Notes under the pieces: generated by a model
The model's input: the letters and a program-made list of their open reading frames with translations, nothing else
The model's database searches: none
What the model was told of the DNA's origin: nothing
NCBI GenBank assembly: GCA_018303005.1
Contig: JAGVYY010000044.1
Location: forward strand, 1 to 18,184
DNA: 18,184 nt
Source of the DNA: Candidatus Woesearchaeota archaeon
GTDB lineage: Archaea > Nanobdellota > Nanobdellia > SCGC-AAA011-G17 > GW2011-AR20
Reading direction: 5' to 3'
Translations under genes and position numbers: made by a program
In this document: piece by piece, positions 14,824 to 18,184 of the stretch
Position numbering within the stretch: the stretch's first letter is position 1
How the letters are laid out: each line of letters starts with the position of its first letter

Positions 14824-16098
14824 ATGAATGCAATCAAGAATTTTTTTGAATCAATAGAAGAATTAGTATTTCCCTCTTTCAAATTAGCCATAATTAGTTA
14901 TTATTATCCTATTAATGGTACTTCTGTAAATGGTGTGGCAGTTAGAGTGTATTATGTTTCCAGAGAATTAGCAAGGCTTGGCTGCGAAGTGCATATATTT
15001 ACAAAAAAACTGAATGATGAAACATGTAATATGTATAATATTGGTAAAGGGAAAATTATTGTACATTATGTAGAGACAGAAGAACCTGCTGATTACATTA
15101 ATGATAAATTTGTAGCGAAAAAGTTTAGATATATGTTGTTTGAAAGAAGTGTTATTTTAGAGATTGCAAAAGAGTCCACTATTAGAAGTTTTGATATTTT
15201 GAATACACATGGCTGGTTAACCAGTAGTGCTTTTGCATTAAAGTTATTTATGAGAATCAAGTGGGTGCATACTCTGCATGCTTTAGAAAAAGAAAGATTA
15301 AAAGAAATGTCCTATGAAGACAGAAAATTTTCAATGTTTAATAATTGGATTGAACAGACCATTAAATTTGCTGATAGGTTTATTACTGTATCTGAAAGCT
15401 TAAAAGAAAGATTATCTATTGTTTATAAAATTAAAGAGGATAAAATAGAAGTAATTAAAAACGGTGTAGATTTAAGCATATTCCATCCAAGAAATTTATT
15501 AAGAAAGGGTAACAGGATTAGAATTGGTTTTGTCGGTAGATTTAGTGAAGAAAAAGGTGTTGATATTCTTATTGAAAGTATTAAAAATATCTTAAAAAAT
15601 TATGATAATATTGATTTTACTTTAGTAATTCCAGATGTGAACAATATAGGACAAAATATGCTGTCATTAAATTCTTATAGGAGTAGATTATTTGATCTGC
15701 ATAAAAGACATAAGAAAAGGATATATATTATCGACAAGAGCTTAACGCACCATGAATTGGCCAAAGTTTATAATAGCGTTGATATTTATATACAACCTTC
15801 TTACTATGAAACCTTTTCTTTAACTGTTTTAGAAGCCATGGCATGTGGCAAACCCATAATTGCAACAAATGTGGGCGGTTTAAAAGAATTAGTTAGAAAT
15901 GGTAAAGAGGGTATGTTGATAGATCCGAAAAAACCAGATCAATTAGAAAAAGCTATAGCTAAATTAATCAGTTCACCGAATCTAATTAAATCTTTGGGTG
16001 ATAATGCATATAGAAGAGCGCAAAATTACTCGTGGGAGAAAACTGGACAGGAGCTATTTAAGTTTTATAAAGGCTTGATATTCTCACATAAAAAATAA
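14824..16098 (+). CDS. Family 4 glycosyltransferase (GT-B fold)
   Basis: LAIISYYYP...GV...V..LSRELARLGCEVHIFT N-terminal domain. C-terminal motifs GRFSEEKGVD and EAMACGKPIIATNVGGLKELV..GKEG (E-x7-E). The track GTG at 14803 is an alternative start. Confidence 0.85.
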   Translation: MNAIKNFFESIEELVFPSFKLAIISYYYPINGTSVNGVAVRVYYVSRELARLGCEVHIFTKKLNDETCNMYNIGKGKIIVHYVETEEPADYINDKFVAKKFRYMLFERSVILEIAKESTIRSFDILNTHGWLTSSAFALKLFMRIKWVHTLHALEKERLKEMSYEDRKFSMFNNWIEQTIKFADRFITVSESLKERLSIVYKIKEDKIEVIKNGVDLSIFHPRNLLRKGNRIRIGFVGRFSEEKGVDILIESIKNILKNYDNIDFTLVIPDVNNIGQNMLSLNSYRSRLFDLHKRHKKRIYIIDKSLTHHELAKVYNSVDIYIQPSYYETFSLTVLEAMACGKPIIATNVGGLKELVRNGKEGMLIDPKKPDQLEKAIAKLISSPNLIKSLGDNAYRRAQNYSWEKTGQELFKFYKGLIFSHKK

Positions 16099-16099
16099 A

Positions 16100-16456
16100 A
16101 TGACAGAACTTATAGCTTGCTTGTCTACTGGAAAAGGAACATGGGGACATGTAGCCAGATTAATGCAGGATCAGGAATGGGATAAAATTTATCTGATAAC
16201 AAATGATTATGGAAAAGAGAACTTTAACAGCAATGAAAAGACAGAGCTTATAAACGTCAATATGAATCAGGGATTAAAGGAGCTTAGAGATGAGATAAAA
16301 GACAAACTTGGCAAAAGAATAAAAAGCACAGAGGTTGCCGTTAATTTTGTTTCAGGCACTGGAAAAGAACATATGGCTTTGATGTCTGCCTTGCTTAAGC
16401 TAGGAATCGGCATCAGGTTTATAGCATTGACAAAAGAAGGTGTTGAGGAAATTTAA
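16100..16456 (+). CDS. Hypothetical small alpha/beta (Rossmann-like) protein, 118 aa
   Basis: Starts 1 nt after the GT4 stop. Motifs STGKGTW and VSGTGKEHMA suggest a nucleotide- or ligand-binding loop pair. I cannot name a family. Confidence 0.45.
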   Translation: MTELIACLSTGKGTWGHVARLMQDQEWDKIYLITNDYGKENFNSNEKTELINVNMNQGLKELRDEIKDKLGKRIKSTEVAVNFVSGTGKEHMALMSALLKLGIGIRFIALTKEGVEEI

Positions 16457-16573
16457 GTTATAATGACATTGAACAATGTGGTGTAAAACATAAAATTTCA
16501 ATATAATGAAAAAAATTAATATGGGAAGAATCTGATTTTATAGAGTTTTTAAAAGATTACAGCTCTTTTCATG

Positions 16574-16984
16574 TTAAATATGCTTTAAAATTCTTAGGAA
16601 GAATTTCTTGTCTTTTTTATGTGTTAGTAAATTTGCCACATCTTTTTTATCAACCCATCTTGCTTTAGGATTTTCCCTATCAACAGGTTTTATTTTTTTC
16701 TGATCTGTTTTGAATAAAAAGATATTTATTGTTTTAAGCTCTGATTTGTCATCTAGATTTTCCTTGCTTATTCTGTATCTTCTGTAACTACCAAGATTCT
16801 TTATAAATTTCAGATCGGTAATGCCTGATTCTTCATAAATCTCTCTCTTTGCAGCCCCTAAGGCATTTTCATTCTTTTCAATATGACCCTTTGGCAAGGA
16901 CCAGGAAGTTTCATGCTGGCTTACTAAAAGAACCTCGCCTTTTTTGTTTAATACTACACCTCCTGCACTATTTGTTTTTTTCAT
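16574..16984 (-). CDS. NUDIX hydrolase
   Basis: Nudix box GHIEKNENALGAAKREIYEESGI (Gx5Ex7REUxEExGU). Confidence 0.85.
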   Translation of the reverse strand: MKKTNSAGGVVLNKKGEVLLVSQHETSWSLPKGHIEKNENALGAAKREIYEESGITDLKFIKNLGSYRRYRISKENLDDKSELKTINIFLFKTDQKKIKPVDRENPKARWVDKKDVANLLTHKKDKKFFLRILKHI

Positions 16985-17083
16985 CTTCCTTATACATTAT
17001 CTAATTATAAAAATCTGGTGTTCTTAAGTATATTCTTTAAAACAATAATACATAAAAGAATAGTTTTACTTCATTTAGACATT

Positions 17084-18184
17084 ATGGGAGACCTATTTAA
17101 CAAGGATTTTTTAAAGGACAGTGAATCACTGTTCAAGAATTACCTTGCTCTAGACATAAGCTTTTTCCCGCCGATAATAAAATACAGGGAAAATGAACAG
17201 CAATACATAGCTGAATGTATAAAACCATTATTTAATAAAAGAAACGGCAAAAACCTGATAGTCACAGGTAATCCCGGTATTGGAAAGACTCTGGCTATTA
17301 AAAGTGTCTTTAAAGAATTGGAAGAAAAATGTTATGATGATGTTAAGCCGATTTATGTAAACTGCTGGAAAGATTCAAGTAGCCATAGAATTGCGCTGAC
17401 TATCTGTGATGCTATTGGATATAAGTTCGTCCATAACAAGAACACTAATGACCTGTTTGACGAGATCAAAAGAATCCTGAACAGGAAAGCTGTTGTGATA
17501 TGCTTTGATGAGGCTGATAAAATAGAAGATGTTTCAGCTGTTTATCTTGTTTTAGAGCAGATATATAACAAGACAATTATCTTTATAACCAACAGTAAGG
17601 AATGGATAAGCAGACTTGACCCTAGATTAAGATCAAGGCTTACACCAGAAGCCCTAGATTTCAGAGATTATAATGAACAGGAAATCAAAGGAATTTTAAA
17701 ACAAAGAATTGATTATGCCTTTTTTGATGATGTGTTTGACAAAGATGCCTTTATGACACTTATTGAATATACCTCATTGATAAAAGATGTGAGATCTGGC
17801 TTGTTCTTATTGAGAGAATCAGGAGATATTGCTGAGTCCAAATCAAAGAAAAAGATTTCTGCTGAAGATGTTGAAGAAGCGATAAAAAAGATAAAAGAAT
17901 CGAAGCCTGAAATTGAATCAGAAGAAAAGATCAGGGAGATGGATAATGATGAAAAATTATTATGGGGGATTATAAAGGAAAACAATGGAAAGAGCAGCAC
18001 TGAGATACATGATATATACACAAAAAGATCAGGGAAAGAGATAAAATACAGGAGATTCAAGGACAGCAAACTTAATGTCTTAAGAGACCTTGGTTTTATT
18101 AACCTAGAAGAAGTGAGCCTTGGTACATATGGGACCAAGACCATTGTCAACCTCAATAAGAACAAAAAATTAGATGAATTCTAG
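17084..18184 (+). CDS. orc1/cdc6: Orc1/Cdc6 replication initiator
   Basis: Walker A is VTGNPGIGKT, Walker B is VICFDEADK, sensor region is IFITNS. A C-terminal winged-helix-like domain is present. The start is set to the ATG at 17084 (MGDLFNKDFL...) instead of the track GTG at 17018. Confidence 0.85.
   Translation: MGDLFNKDFLKDSESLFKNYLALDISFFPPIIKYRENEQQYIAECIKPLFNKRNGKNLIVTGNPGIGKTLAIKSVFKELEEKCYDDVKPIYVNCWKDSSSHRIALTICDAIGYKFVHNKNTNDLFDEIKRILNRKAVVICFDEADKIEDVSAVYLVLEQIYNKTIIFITNSKEWISRLDPRLRSRLTPEALDFRDYNEQEIKGILKQRIDYAFFDDVFDKDAFMTLIEYTSLIKDVRSGLFLLRESGDIAESKSKKKISAEDVEEAIKKIKESKPEIESEEKIREMDNDEKLLWGIIKENNGKSSTEIHDIYTKRSGKEIKYRRFKDSKLNVLRDLGFINLEEVSLGTYGTKTIVNLNKNKKLDEF

Noticed and set aside
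16457-17083. Replication origin with ORB repeats next to orc1/cdc6
   Set aside because: The flanking intergenic segments are short (about 100-115 nt). I could find no repeated ORB or mini-ORB-like elements or flanked AT-rich unwinding region, so an origin cannot be supported from this window.
17713-18165. Track ORF 17713-18165 (-)
   Set aside because: It is antisense to the C-terminal half of Orc1/Cdc6 and is a serine/leucine-rich shadow ORF.
1-18184. CRISPR arrays, tRNA or rRNA genes
   Set aside because: There are no regularly spaced direct repeats, no cloverleaf-like GC-rich 70-90-nt islands and no rRNA-like conserved stretches. The only structured-RNA-like islands are the SRP RNA and the DGR TR.

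Overview
The window is AT-rich, densely coding, and appears archaeal. It carries Orc1/Cdc6, Holliday junction resolvase Hjc, a TrmB regulator, an archaeal-type SRP (7S) RNA, and BRE/TATA-like promoters that often sit about 25 nt from start codons. Together with small genes and large surface proteins, this fits a DPANN-like genome, though that placement is inference.

The main feature is a diversity-generating retroelement (DGR) on the minus strand at 2749-4868. It consists of a DGR-type reverse transcriptase, an AAY-codon-rich non-coding template repeat (TR), and an upstream target gene with a homologous variable repeat (VR). The cassette is atypical in four ways:
- many TR/VR differences are not at TR adenines;
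- the TR/VR alignment has a one-codon indel;
- the target gene is frameshifted in a homopolymer run;
- no Avd-like ORF is present.

A 37-nt promoter-like module (34/37 identical) precedes both the DGR target gene and an AbrB-like/AAA+ ATPase gene pair at the same spacing.

Other content:
- an orphan 2-oxoacid dehydrogenase E2;
- HAD hydrolase, SAM methyltransferase and NUDIX hydrolase;
- a short histone-fold-like ORF missing from the ORF track;
- an operon of surface protein, S26 signal peptidase and small Cys-rich protein;
- a TrmB-adjacent pair that includes a bacterial-OMP-like beta-barrel candidate;
- an IS1595-family element inserted directly upstream of a GT4 glycosyltransferase.

I found no CRISPR array, tRNA or rRNA.
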